From: a virus
Direction: 5' to 3' (one strand)
IMG/VR virus record: IMGVR_UViG_3300045921_000267
Span: 5,100-69,099 of that record
DNA length: 64,000 bases
Shown piece by piece: positions 14,960 to 24,868 of this stretch. The notes beneath the pieces are model-generated. The model ran no database searches. It saw only the letters and a program-made list of their open reading frames with translations, and was not told where the DNA came from. Position 1 is the stretch's first letter. Every line of letters starts with the position of its first letter. Both the position numbers and the translations under genes were made by a program.

Positions 14960-17632
14960 TCAGGTGTAGGCGTTCACAAAGTTCAGGTTTTGGCTCAATC
15001 CGTCGAGATCATCGTCCGGCTTGTAGCCACGAATCGCCGTCGCACCAGTCTTGCGAATGTCCGCGTTGCTCCGGTTCCCGGAGCAGACACCGCCGCCCAT
15101 GTTGCTGAAGAAGATGAAGTCGAACCCAGCGCCAGAGTTGTGCAGGAACGAGTTGTTCGACACGACCCATCTGAGACCTGCGTTGACGAGCGTCATGCCG
15201 AGGTTGTTGTTGCTCGGGCCGCCGCGCATCTGGTTACCGTTGATGATCGGTCCTTGGTTCGGAGCAGAGCCGAGGAAGTGGATCGCGTAGTTGCCGTTCC
15301 CCTCGAACGAGTTCGACTCGATCATCATCCGCTCGCACACGGAGCCGCTCGGGACGTAGATGCACGCGCTCGTCGTCTGCGCGTAGTTCCATCGCGCGAA
15401 GTGGTTGCGCGTGATCCTCACGTCATCGCAGTTGTTGATCCACACCGCAGCATCAGTCGTCGAGCGGCCAGAGATGTTGGTGCCGTCGAACTCGTCACCA
15501 CGCATCGTACAGCCGTCGATCGTGACGTCGTTCACGTTCACGAGGCGCACGCCGCGCGTGCGCGAGCCGCCGACCCACTTGTGGATGAGGCAGTCGCTGA
15601 TGCGCACGTGCGCACCCCAGCCGCCTGACGTCGCACTGACCTGGATCGCGGTGAAGGTTTCGGATCCTCCACCGTGCGCCGAGAAGACGTTCTCGCAGTC
15701 GCGCACGAACGCACCTGAGATGTTGTGCAACCGTACGCCGCCCGCATCGACCGACTGCGATCCCCATCGACAGTTCTCGATCACGTGGCTCTGCGTGCCG
15801 GTCGTCGTGCTCTCGATGTTGATGGCCCAGCCGGTGCCCGACGTGCCGCCTTGCCCGCCGTTCACCGGGTGTGTGCCGTTGTTGACGCCGCTGAAGAACT
15901 GGCAGTCGCGCACGCGCCAGCCGAACGCTTCCCCCGAGAGGTGCGTGCGTGCGTCGATCGCGTTTTCGTTGATGCCGTAGCTGAACTGGCAGCCTTCGAT
16001 CGTGATGTACTGCGAGCTTCGCCCGTCGATCAACGAAACCGACAAGTTGTAGGGGCTACCCTCGCGTCCGACGAACGTGCAGTCACGGATCGTGAAGCCA
16101 ACCGCGACGTTTCGCGTCGTCGGCGTACCATCTTGCGTGAGCCTCACGTGCGCGGCTTCGACGCGGCAGTTCTCCAATACGCCGCCCGTGTAGCGAGGCG
16201 CAGCGATGCCGCCGAGATCGCCCACGTCGTAGAACTGCAAGCGTCCGCGGATGACACAGTTGCGCACGACGCTGCGGCGCGCGAAGCCCGTCGAGAGCAC
16301 GTAGCCGGCATCGAGAGCTGGTGAGGCAGGCGCCGTGCTCATGCGCAGGTCGCAGTCGTGCGCTTCGATGAAGCCGGTCGCTGCGAACATGCCACGCCCA
16401 TTCGCCGTCGTGCCGGTCCAGGCGACATCGAGCCCACGAAGCACGAGGTTGCCCCCGCCGGAGCCCGCCACGCTCAGTCCGTACTCGTTCGCGTTGAGGC
16501 CCGCGCCGTTGATCGTGATGCGCGGCCGACCGAAGACGCCGTTGTTCGCCGTCGTCAGCGTCTGTCCGCTGCGAATCGTGATCGTGCACGGCTGTAGGCC
16601 CGACTGCACGTTCTTCATCGACGTGATCGTGTAGCCGTTGCCGGAGAGCCCGCCGTGCACGACGATCTCGATCCGCTCAGGCTTCGTCGTCATCGCTGCG
16701 ATGTGATCGAGTGCCGCTTCGAGTCCGCTTGTTCCGTTGAAGTCGCCGAACGTCGTGACGCCATCTCCGACGGTGTACGTCACGACGTCGATCGAGCGCA
16801 GCGTCTTCGTCTGCTCGGATGGGAGCGATCCCATCGGATCGAATGGCTTGTAGATGCGTGAGAACCAGTCGAACACGCCCGAGTCATTCGGGCCCTTCAG
16901 GTCTTGGATCTGGCGCATGAGCGCGCGTATCGCGCTGCGCAGTCCGAAGCGCCCCACGTTCGAGGCACTGCGCGACGCCGAACGGTCGAAGTCTTCGACG
17001 CCGCCCGCGCTCGACTGCGTTGCACGCGAGTAGGGCGCCGAGCCCTCGAAGAGGAAACGGCGCAGGTCGGTGATGTTGCCTGCGGTCACCGTGCCGCCGG
17101 CCCATGTCACCGTTGCGAGCGGAATCCATTCGCCGCCGCTCGGCGCACCTGAGACAAATTGGATCTGCCATCCGCTCACGTGGCGCGTGTCCGTGATCGC
17201 GACGTACTCGCTTGCGGTGCCGTTGTCCCAGAACGCACGGTTGTCGCTCACGCCGTCGGTGTACCTGAAGCGCATCTCGACGGTGTACGAGCCGTTCGGC
17301 TGCCCAGCGAAGTCGAGGATCTGTTGCGTTGGCCCTTCGTTCAGGAACGACGAATCGCGATCACCGATCAGTTGCCCGTGGTCGAGCCCTGCGATCGTCT
17401 GCTCGCCACCAATCGCCGCGCCGCGCGCTTGCCCAGGAGGCTGGAGACGCACTCGCACGCGAGTGGTAGCGGGCGATTCAGGCTCGACTGCAAAGCCGCG
17501 CACGATGTAGCTCTCTTCGCCAGAGAGCAGCGTGCGCAGTGTCCGCCTGAACTCCCCGAGCGTCAGGAAGGACACGGCGGTGATGTCGGGAATGTCTACG
17601 CGCTCACTCGGCGCCCATCGTACGAGTCGCAT
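14960..17632 (-). CDS. tailspike / receptor-binding protein with right-handed parallel beta-helix (putative depolymerase)
   Basis: N-terminal baseplate-attachment-like region, TVGDGVTTFGDF, then pectin-lyase-like repeats (ITIEGCQF, VRISDCLI, VTIDGCTM, IINGNQM). Confidence 0.8.
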   Translation of the reverse strand: MRLVRWAPSERVDIPDITAVSFLTLGEFRRTLRTLLSGEESYIVRGFAVEPESPATTRVRVRLQPPGQARGAAIGGEQTIAGLDHGQLIGDRDSSFLNEGPTQQILDFAGQPNGSYTVEMRFRYTDGVSDNRAFWDNGTASEYVAITDTRHVSGWQIQFVSGAPSGGEWIPLATVTWAGGTVTAGNITDLRRFLFEGSAPYSRATQSSAGGVEDFDRSASRSASNVGRFGLRSAIRALMRQIQDLKGPNDSGVFDWFSRIYKPFDPMGSLPSEQTKTLRSIDVVTYTVGDGVTTFGDFNGTSGLEAALDHIAAMTTKPERIEIVVHGGLSGNGYTITSMKNVQSGLQPCTITIRSGQTLTTANNGVFGRPRITINGAGLNANEYGLSVAGSGGGNLVLRGLDVAWTGTTANGRGMFAATGFIEAHDCDLRMSTAPASPALDAGYVLSTGFARRSVVRNCVIRGRLQFYDVGDLGGIAAPRYTGGVLENCRVEAAHVRLTQDGTPTTRNVAVGFTIRDCTFVGREGSPYNLSVSLIDGRSSQYITIEGCQFSYGINENAIDARTHLSGEAFGWRVRDCQFFSGVNNGTHPVNGGQGGTSGTGWAINIESTTTGTQSHVIENCRWGSQSVDAGGVRLHNISGAFVRDCENVFSAHGGGSETFTAIQVSATSGGWGAHVRISDCLIHKWVGGSRTRGVRLVNVNDVTIDGCTMRGDEFDGTNISGRSTTDAAVWINNCDDVRITRNHFARWNYAQTTSACIYVPSGSVCERMMIESNSFEGNGNYAIHFLGSAPNQGPIINGNQMRGGPSNNNLGMTLVNAGLRWVVSNNSFLHNSGAGFDFIFFSNMGGGVCSGNRSNADIRKTGATAIRGYKPDDDLDGLSQNLNFVNAYT

Positions 17633-17642
17633 CTTGTTCTCC

Positions 17643-18881
17643 TCACACGAGCGTCGTGGTCACCACGACGCGCACGCCTGCGGCGCGCACTTGATCAAGA
17701 AGACACCGAACGATGGCGCTCGGGTCAGAGAAGTAGGGGAAGTAGTCGCCATCGGCAGGATAGCGATCCGTCTCGTCGGTTGCGAGGTAGTGAGCCGTGA
17801 ACTCGCCTGCATCGACGATCACGTCCTCGCCTCCCACGTAGACGCGTTGCACAGTGCCAGTACCTGCGGTGTACGCGTTGAGGATGGGCGTTGCGGGATC
17901 GACGACGAGCTGCCCCGTGTCGTTGACGTAGAGCACGGTCACGATCTCGTTCGTCAGTCCATCGACTAGCTGCACGCTGTACGGACCAAGCAGCGGAAAC
18001 GACCCGCTCGTGACGGGGCTGATCGTCGGATCGCCGGGCAACACGTTCTGCGCGAGCAACTCCGCCGGAGCCGTGGCGAGAAGATCGAGTACGGGGCCAA
18101 CGCGCGTGCCAGCGTAGATGTTCGGCGCGATCACCGGGTCACGCTCGCCACGCAGCACGACGTCGTTCCGGTAGTAGATGCCGCGCACCTCGTTCGGCTG
18201 GAACGCAAGCGTGACAGTTGTACCTCCACCGTCGATCTGCGCAGGCCACGCGCCGTTCAGGAAGAAACGCCCACGCAGACTGCTCGCCGTTGGGATACGC
18301 ACTTCTACGAAGACTACGTTCGGATGCGTGATTGGCTCCTCGTAGACGATGTAGTCATTGACGCCGGGGAAGACATCGAGCACGCGCTTGAAAGCGTCGA
18401 TCGGTTGGTTCGGCAAGTACGCCATCACTTGGATGAGCGAGCGCCACGTCTCCTCGTCGAGGCCGGCGCACTTGTGCAGACCGAGGTTGCGTCCGATCAC
18501 GTCGAGGTCTTCACCGCGAGCCGTGCCGACGAAGAGACCACGGCGTACGAGATCGACTGCCGTGCGGTTGCGGGTGAGGTCGTAGACCAGCGTACCGGGA
18601 GGATGGAGCGCAGGTGTCGTCGTGCGGACGCCACGCGAAAGCGTCGTGAAGCTCGTGAGTGTGCGCCCGGTCGCGAGGATGATCTCGCCGCCAACGAGCA
18701 CCAACGCGACGTTGGTGCCATCGACTTCTTCGCCGAAGCGGATCGTGCTCGCGACGTTCATGACGCCCGTTTCGTCGATCGCGAGAGGCGTCGTGAGTTC
18801 GGTGATGGCTTGGCCGGCGAGACGGTTCGCCTCGCCGATCATGGCGTCGAGCAACGCTTTCCAGAGTCCGCTCGGACGCAT
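17643..18881 (-). CDS. baseplate wedge / fibre-attachment protein
   Basis: TARGEDLDVIGRNLG..DEETWR motif and C-terminal RAAGVRV typical of wedge proteins. Confidence 0.7.
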   Translation of the reverse strand: MRPSGLWKALLDAMIGEANRLAGQAITELTTPLAIDETGVMNVASTIRFGEEVDGTNVALVLVGGEIILATGRTLTSFTTLSRGVRTTTPALHPPGTLVYDLTRNRTAVDLVRRGLFVGTARGEDLDVIGRNLGLHKCAGLDEETWRSLIQVMAYLPNQPIDAFKRVLDVFPGVNDYIVYEEPITHPNVVFVEVRIPTASSLRGRFFLNGAWPAQIDGGGTTVTLAFQPNEVRGIYYRNDVVLRGERDPVIAPNIYAGTRVGPVLDLLATAPAELLAQNVLPGDPTISPVTSGSFPLLGPYSVQLVDGLTNEIVTVLYVNDTGQLVVDPATPILNAYTAGTGTVQRVYVGGEDVIVDAGEFTAHYLATDETDRYPADGDYFPYFSDPSAIVRCLLDQVRAAGVRVVVTTTLV

Positions 18882-19372
18882 CACAAACCTCCAAGCAGCA
18901 TGCGGCGACCCGTCGCCCACACACGTGCAAAGCCAACGCGCACGCGATGAACTTTCAACTCCTCGGCGAACGGCTGAAAGTCGAGTGCATCTTCAAGAAC
19001 GGCACTATTGACTGAGTTCGTCACGCGCACGTGGTAGATGCCCTGCGCGAGCGCAGGCGTGCCAACGAACGCACGCGTCGTCGTGAGGTCGTAGCGCGCA
19101 TCGAACATGTAGCAGGTACCCACGACGGTGTACGGACCGCCGCTCGGGCCGATGAGCACTTCGACGGTGAGCGGATCCTCGAACTCCGTGCCGATGATTT
19201 CGATCACGTCACCGCCGAGCACATCTACGAGTTGCCCACCGTTCGGTGAAGGGCCTTCGGGCGAGATCACGGCGTCGATCGTCGGCGCCGAGACGGCGGC
19301 ATCACCTACACCACCCCACGGGTTGCCGTCGATCCCGCCCCAATCTCCTACACCCCAACCGTAGATGGGCAT
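18881..19372 (-). CDS. virion protein with IPT/TIG-like Ig domain
   Basis: PTIDAVISPEGP..GGDVIEIIGTEF..TPAL..G.YHVRVTN; N-terminal GWG repeats. Confidence 0.65.
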   Translation of the reverse strand: MPIYGWGVGDWGGIDGNPWGGVGDAAVSAPTIDAVISPEGPSPNGGQLVDVLGGDVIEIIGTEFEDPLTVEVLIGPSGGPYTVVGTCYMFDARYDLTTTRAFVGTPALAQGIYHVRVTNSVNSAVLEDALDFQPFAEELKVHRVRVGFARVWATGRRMLLGGL

Positions 19373-19391
19373 CTCGTCTCCTCTTCAGCGA

Positions 19392-19703
19392 TCAGCCTTT
19401 CGGACTTTCGCCGCCATCGCTCTCCGTTGCGCGCTGCTCGTGACACGTGCGCAACCTGCGTCGCACGATCCCCTTGCTCGCGTCGATCTCGATGACATCG
19501 AACTTGCCGTTCTCCTCGTACATCGAGCGTACCTGCGCGAGCACGATCTGAAGTTCCGTATGCCGAAGCTGCGCCAGCGTCTGCGCGCTCGTCACGCGTT
19601 CGCTCGCAAGTGCGATCTGTTGCGTGATGCTACCGTCGAGCGGCACCTCCGAAGGCCCGCTCTCAGGTGCTTTCACGTGATTCTTCCGCAGCACTCGTCC
19701 CAT
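19392..19703 (-). CDS. hypothetical protein
   Basis: GGAGGAG RBS; short coiled coil. Confidence 0.6.
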   Translation of the reverse strand: MGRVLRKNHVKAPESGPSEVPLDGSITQQIALASERVTSAQTLAQLRHTELQIVLAQVRSMYEENGKFDVIEIDASKGIVRRRLRTCHEQRATESDGGESPKG

Positions 19704-19733
19704 GGTGTTCTCCTCCGTCGTCGTTCTGCTCCG

Positions 19734-19928
19734 TCAGTCGGGAGCGATGAAGCCGAAGTGTACCGCGAGCGCGCGAAGAAGCTGCTCCTTCTCAGGAGGC
19801 GTGAGTTCGTCCCACCTCTTGTGGGCGAAGCGTGAGCGGATGTTTTCCGCGCTCTTCACGACCGCGCGCGCAGTGCGAGCCTGCTGCTGCGCCGCGGAGA
19901 GAGCTTCATCCTTCGATCGGATCACCAT
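19734..19928 (-). CDS. small hypothetical protein (tail fibre chaperone-like position)
   Basis: AAGGAG RBS; WDELTPPEKEQLL. Confidence 0.55.
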   Translation of the reverse strand: MVIRSKDEALSAAQQQARTARAVVKSAENIRSRFAHKRWDELTPPEKEQLLRALAVHFGFIAPD

Positions 19929-19931
19929 CGC

Positions 19932-20321
19932 TCACTGCTCCTTCGGAATGATGCGCCAACGATCGTAGGGGAGCGCACGCAGATCATTCGTGCCGGCAGG
20001 CACGGTCACGCGGAAGAGGTACGCAAAGAGCACGTACGGTCCATCGCGCGTGAACTCATAGCTCATGTCCACGCCATCTTGGATGTGCTCGTCCACGAAG
20101 AGCGCAAGCTCGCCGTCCTTCTTCACGAACACGAGGAAGCCGAAGATGAGCGTGGGGTACTCGCGCACGGGGATCGGCACCGTTTCGTCGGGCATGTCGT
20201 AGACGGTGCCATCGTACGTGACTTCGCCACCGTGCACGAAGATGGCTCCGTTGAGCATCTCGACCGCCAGATCCATGTAGTGCACGCGAGGATTCGCGAA
20301 CGTCGTCAGAGTCTGTTCCAT
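19932..20321 (-). CDS. hypothetical tail-associated protein
   Basis: Start MEQTLTT 4 nt after tail fibre stop; beta-rich. Confidence 0.6.
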   Translation of the reverse strand: MEQTLTTFANPRVHYMDLAVEMLNGAIFVHGGEVTYDGTVYDMPDETVPIPVREYPTLIFGFLVFVKKDGELALFVDEHIQDGVDMSYEFTRDGPYVLFAYLFRVTVPAGTNDLRALPYDRWRIIPKEQ

Positions 20322-20325
20322 CGGA

Positions 20326-23300
20326 TTAGCTCGTGTGGCTTGCGAAACGTTGCAGGCTCCAATCACCAGCGACTGCGACCTGCACGATCGCCGATCCGTT
20401 CCACTGGAAGTGGCGCACGCGGCACGAGTTCGCGCTGAACGTGTCCACGGTCGCCCATCGTGCCGTCGTGTTCGTCGTACCACCAGCCGTCGTGATGATG
20501 GCTTGTGTGAACGCAGACGTCGCCGCGTTGTGGAACGTGACGATCGCTGCCGCAGGCGTACCTCCATCGGACGCCACCGAGGCGATGCCGAAGCGGTCGT
20601 CGATGCCGAATGCGAACGCCTTCAGCCACGCCGACGGGACGTTCTTCGCGTAGAGCGCATTCGTTTCTGGCGCAGACGTACCAGCGATCTGTCCGTTCCA
20701 GAACTTCAGATGCGCAGTAGTGCTGCTCGACCCGGTGAAGTGCGCGACGAGCGTGCCCGTGCTGGAGACAGCCATCTGACCAGCGCTCAAGCGGTAGATG
20801 CCGGTGTCCGTGTCGCCAGTGAACGAGTAGGTCGGCGCAGTGACCGATCCGACTGGACCGATGAACGGCAGCGTGCTCGTGACTTGTGTCGTGCTGATCG
20901 AGAAACGCAGCGTGCTCGACGTCGAAAAGCCGAGCGTGTTCGCTGCGCTGCGGTACATGCCCGACGTGACTTCGCCGTTGAACGAGTAGGTCGGAGCACT
21001 CGCAGTGCCGAAGCCTTGAAGGAACGGTACCGCTCCGATGATAGACGCATCCGTGACGGTGATCCTCGTAACCCCGTTTGTTGCGATGGCGACTTGGTTC
21101 TTCACCGGATTGAACATGCCGTCCGTCGAGTCTTCGATGAACGAGTAGGTCGGAGCGGTAGCGCTGCCGCTCATCGCTCGCATCTGACCGGTGCCGGACG
21201 CCACGGAGAGGCGAGTCGTGTTTGCATCCTTCAGCACGAAGAGGCGCTTCGCACCGGTGCCGCTCGCAAGCGGCTGTATGACGTTGACGATGAACGCATC
21301 GAAGCCCGCAGTGCCGGTGTTCGAGAGCGAGGGGAAGAACTGGATCCCCTCCATGATGCCGGAGCCTGCGCTTTGCACACCAGCGAAGCGCGCGAACTCC
21401 GTACCTCCGTGCGCGAGCGCGGTCGCGGTGTTGTAGAAGATGCCCGTGCCGGTGTCCGACGCGAACGTGAGTGACGGCGCTGCGGCAGATCCGTTCGCCG
21501 CGATCAAGCGATTGATGAACCCATCGCGCCATGCCGCGGTCGTCAAGCCGAGGTCGTGAGTGTTGTTGGTGGACGGAATCACGTCGGTCGCCGCAACCAC
21601 CCGCCCGCTCGCTGTACCCTGCACCGCGAAGCGCAACGAGCCTCCTCGGCGCACATCGAGGAGATGCTTATTTCCCGAGCCAGTCGCGCTCTCGGAGATG
21701 TCGATCTCCAGACCCGCGTAGCCCGCAGTGCCGGACTGCTGGATGGTGCCTTCGACACGGACGAGCTTCTGTACGCCGGAAGCTGCGGCGAGGTTGTGCT
21801 GGTTGTTGAGCGTGACACCGATGGAGTCGACGCCGTTCGTCACCTTTCCACGCAGCAGCAGCGCTTGGTTGTCCACTCCAGACTGAATCGCTGCATCACT
21901 AGACGTGGCAGTGAAGGCGCCGTTGTTCAGCCGCCAACGCTCTTGCGCGCCAGCGACGAAGCCGACGATGCCTGCGGTTGGCATGTAGAAGCCTGCCGTG
22001 GAGAAGCCATCGTCGAACGCGATCGAAGGCTTCGCCGCCGTGCCGGTGTGGAAGATCGATTGATGATTGGTTCCATCGAAGAGGAAGCGCACGATGAGCG
22101 AACCGCCAGCACCGACTGCGATCGTGTCCGCGGCGGGGCGCCAGAATCCCGTGTCCTCGTCGCCGATGAAGCCGATACTCGGATGGGTGAGAGAGCCGCT
22201 TGGCAAGAGGGTCTTCGGGTTCGTGCCGGTGACGTTGCGCCACCGCATCACCTCTACGCCGTCTACGCTCACACCCATGCGATCGGCGCCCGCGTTGAAG
22301 AAGCCGTTGTCGCCGAAGACACCCCACCGGATCGACGGTGCCCCTGCGGAGCCATCGGTCATCACCTCAACAACGTCAGCGCGCAGCGTCGTTGCCTCGA
22401 AGATGTTCGCGTAGGCGATGTTCCATCGTTGCGTCGGAGCGCCAAGGTTGCGCGTGTTCGTCGCGTCGGGAAGCCAGTGCGTCGAGAGGATGCTATTCGT
22501 CGCCGAGAAACGCGCACGTTCGGCGCCGTTCGTGGAGAGCGCGATCACGCCTGCGCTCGGACGGAAGATGCCCGTCGTCTGATCGCCCTCGAATGAGAGC
22601 GAGGGGTTCCCTGCGGTGCCGGGTTGGATGATCGCGCGAGGTACGCCTGCGACACCCGTGAGCAGCAACGGGCGTACGCCCTCCGCGTAGAAGGCGAGCC
22701 CACCATCCAACGTCATGCCCGTCGTCGTCGCGCTCGCGAACGAGTAGTGCGGCGCAGCGTCGGGGGCTGTACCAGTCTGCATCCGAATCTGCGGTCGATT
22801 GGTACCCGAGGTCGTGAAGCGTGCGACCTCGTTACCATCACTAGCGATCGCGATCGCACCTCCGACGGGATGGAAGACGCCCGTGTCGGGGTCGTTCTGG
22901 AAGACGAGCGAAGGTGAGGCGGCGGAGCCATCAGGCAGTTCGGGTTTTGCCGTCGCGCCGTTGAACCGGAAGATGGTTGTGCCACCTTGCTGAACGGCGA
23001 ACACGCCGCCCCCAAGCTCGATCGTTGGCACGCGATCGAATGCGGTCTGAAGCCCGCCGATCATGTAGCCGTGGGTGTCGATGCTCTCGACCTCGCGAGC
23101 CGTCGCCCATCCGCGTACGGGATCGACCTCCGTCGTCTCGCCCGCCGCCGGTTGCCTCCACGCGAACGGCGCCGCTCGCAGGATGAACGCGATCTGAATG
23201 TCGGACGCGTCGAGAATCGTGCGCGCCGCATCGACGTACGTCCGCAGACGCACACGGTAGCTGCCTGGCACGTCCGCCGTGAAGCTCGGCGCCGGCGCGA

Positions 23301-23457
23301 ACGGAGCAGCGATCACTGCTGCACTCCCGATGGGACGGTCGAGCAGCTCCCAATGCCAACCGAGCACTCCCGTGTTGTTGAAGTTCGAGAGCGCGACGGT
23401 GCCCGCCGTGATCTGAAGCGGACCGGGGAGAGAGTTGAAGCGGATCGATGCTGCCAC
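20326..23457 (-). CDS. tail fibre protein with N-terminal PKD/Ig-like domain
   Basis: WHWELLDRPIGS..PSFTADVPGSYRVRL; ten G[ST]AxxP[ST]xxF...D.DTG[IFM][FY] repeats. Confidence 0.85.
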   Translation of the reverse strand: MAASIRFNSLPGPLQITAGTVALSNFNNTGVLGWHWELLDRPIGSAAVIAAPFAPAPSFTADVPGSYRVRLRTYVDAARTILDASDIQIAFILRAAPFAWRQPAAGETTEVDPVRGWATAREVESIDTHGYMIGGLQTAFDRVPTIELGGGVFAVQQGGTTIFRFNGATAKPELPDGSAASPSLVFQNDPDTGVFHPVGGAIAIASDGNEVARFTTSGTNRPQIRMQTGTAPDAAPHYSFASATTTGMTLDGGLAFYAEGVRPLLLTGVAGVPRAIIQPGTAGNPSLSFEGDQTTGIFRPSAGVIALSTNGAERARFSATNSILSTHWLPDATNTRNLGAPTQRWNIAYANIFEATTLRADVVEVMTDGSAGAPSIRWGVFGDNGFFNAGADRMGVSVDGVEVMRWRNVTGTNPKTLLPSGSLTHPSIGFIGDEDTGFWRPAADTIAVGAGGSLIVRFLFDGTNHQSIFHTGTAAKPSIAFDDGFSTAGFYMPTAGIVGFVAGAQERWRLNNGAFTATSSDAAIQSGVDNQALLLRGKVTNGVDSIGVTLNNQHNLAAASGVQKLVRVEGTIQQSGTAGYAGLEIDISESATGSGNKHLLDVRRGGSLRFAVQGTASGRVVAATDVIPSTNNTHDLGLTTAAWRDGFINRLIAANGSAAAPSLTFASDTGTGIFYNTATALAHGGTEFARFAGVQSAGSGIMEGIQFFPSLSNTGTAGFDAFIVNVIQPLASGTGAKRLFVLKDANTTRLSVASGTGQMRAMSGSATAPTYSFIEDSTDGMFNPVKNQVAIATNGVTRITVTDASIIGAVPFLQGFGTASAPTYSFNGEVTSGMYRSAANTLGFSTSSTLRFSISTTQVTSTLPFIGPVGSVTAPTYSFTGDTDTGIYRLSAGQMAVSSTGTLVAHFTGSSSTTAHLKFWNGQIAGTSAPETNALYAKNVPSAWLKAFAFGIDDRFGIASVASDGGTPAAAIVTFHNAATSAFTQAIITTAGGTTNTTARWATVDTFSANSCRVRHFQWNGSAIVQVAVAGDWSLQRFASHTS

Positions 23458-23464
23458 GTGGACC

Positions 23465-24868
23465 TCAGATCAGCGAGATGTCGTTCGCGGCGATTCGCGC
23501 TACTTGGTTTTCGAGCAGCACTTGATTGACGGGCGGCGACGAGCCCGTGAGGCTCGTGATCTGGAAGTCGCGCATACCGGTCACGTTCATCGCGACTTCG
23601 ACGATCTGCGCAACGATCACGTCCTCGCCGATGTTCAGCCCGTTGATGTAGTTCTGGATCGCCGTCGAGACCTGCGCTGCAACCGTGATCGTGTTGAAGC
23701 CGTCATCGACCGCGATGCCGGCATTCAGCGTCTGCGGCACTGTCTGCGGCGGAAGCACCTGCACCATCACACCGGCTGCGCGGATGCCGGGGTACGTGAG
23801 AGGGACGTTCGGATCGCCATCCATGATCCGCTGCACCTCGCGCACGAGGCGCGTGTAGAATCGATACTTCGCGCGCACTTCATCTCCAGGCGCGAGCCCG
23901 GTTGGGTAGCTCGCCGTCGTGAACGTGATCTGCCCAGTCGCGGGGTTCAGCACGTAGTCGATGCCACGCACCTGCGCGACGGTGTTCACTTCCAAGACGA
24001 ACGAGCCATCGTCTCGGATCGGCTTCTCCGTCGTGAAGACGCGTCGCTCGCCACCGAGCGCCGAAGCCACGATCACGTCGTAGTTCAAGATGTACGTCGA
24101 GCCGTCGAACGTGTCCGTGTTACCAGTACCATCGTCGATGTAAAGTTGAACGTAGCCGTTCTGAAACGGATTCTCAAACACCTTCGCGAAAAGCACGCGC
24201 GCACCATCGGTGAGCCGTGCATTCTTCGCCGTCGCTTCGAGCGCTGCGACGGTGCCTCGCGAGAGCGAGCGCACGAACGCTTTGATGCGCGCGCGAAAGT
24301 CCGCGTCGCTTTCACGGTCCTGCCCGTTCGTCACCGCGGTCGGGTTCGTCACCGCGGTCACACCAGCGATGCGCGAGAGTAGCCGCACGATCATGTTCGC
24401 ATCCACGTTGCCGCGCGTACCGGCTTCGACAGCGGTCACGGGAATCGGCGCGCTTTGCGTGTTGCCAGCGAGGATGGAGCCGGGCGCCGTGGTGCGGTAG
24501 CGAATCACACCCGCTGCATCGGCAGCGCCGACGATCGTTCCAGATGGAATCGGGATCGTGCCTACGATGCCGGGGCGCGAGAAGACCACGGTCGTGCTCG
24601 CGTAGAGCGCTTGGCGTCGAGTGACGGTGCCTGGCTGAATCTCGCGAGCGCGTGCATCGAGGTCTGAGCCCGTCGCGCGATCGACCGAGAAGAGTTCGCG
24701 AAGGCGCGCAAGCTGGAAGTACGCCTCCGCGATCTCGTCTGCCGTCGCGGCGAGCACGTGGTAGACGGCAGAGTTCCTCGTGAGCCCGGCGAGCGACGAG
24801 CGCGCCACAACACGAGCGACCATGTCGCGAAGGATCTCGACGCGGTTACGAGTGCGAAAGACGGGCAT
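23465..24868 (-). CDS. baseplate J-like (gp47/gpJ) wedge protein
   Basis: ATGSDLD, AVEAGTRGNV, VTNPTAVTNGQDRESDADFRARI, IQNYINGLNIGEDV. Confidence 0.92.
   Translation of the reverse strand: MPVFRTRNRVEILRDMVARVVARSSLAGLTRNSAVYHVLAATADEIAEAYFQLARLRELFSVDRATGSDLDARAREIQPGTVTRRQALYASTTVVFSRPGIVGTIPIPSGTIVGAADAAGVIRYRTTAPGSILAGNTQSAPIPVTAVEAGTRGNVDANMIVRLLSRIAGVTAVTNPTAVTNGQDRESDADFRARIKAFVRSLSRGTVAALEATAKNARLTDGARVLFAKVFENPFQNGYVQLYIDDGTGNTDTFDGSTYILNYDVIVASALGGERRVFTTEKPIRDDGSFVLEVNTVAQVRGIDYVLNPATGQITFTTASYPTGLAPGDEVRAKYRFYTRLVREVQRIMDGDPNVPLTYPGIRAAGVMVQVLPPQTVPQTLNAGIAVDDGFNTITVAAQVSTAIQNYINGLNIGEDVIVAQIVEVAMNVTGMRDFQITSLTGSSPPVNQVLLENQVARIAANDISLI

Noticed and set aside
14960-23457. Diversity-generating retroelement or invertible tail-fibre cassette
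   Set aside because: No reverse transcriptase, template/variable repeat pair or invertase seen.
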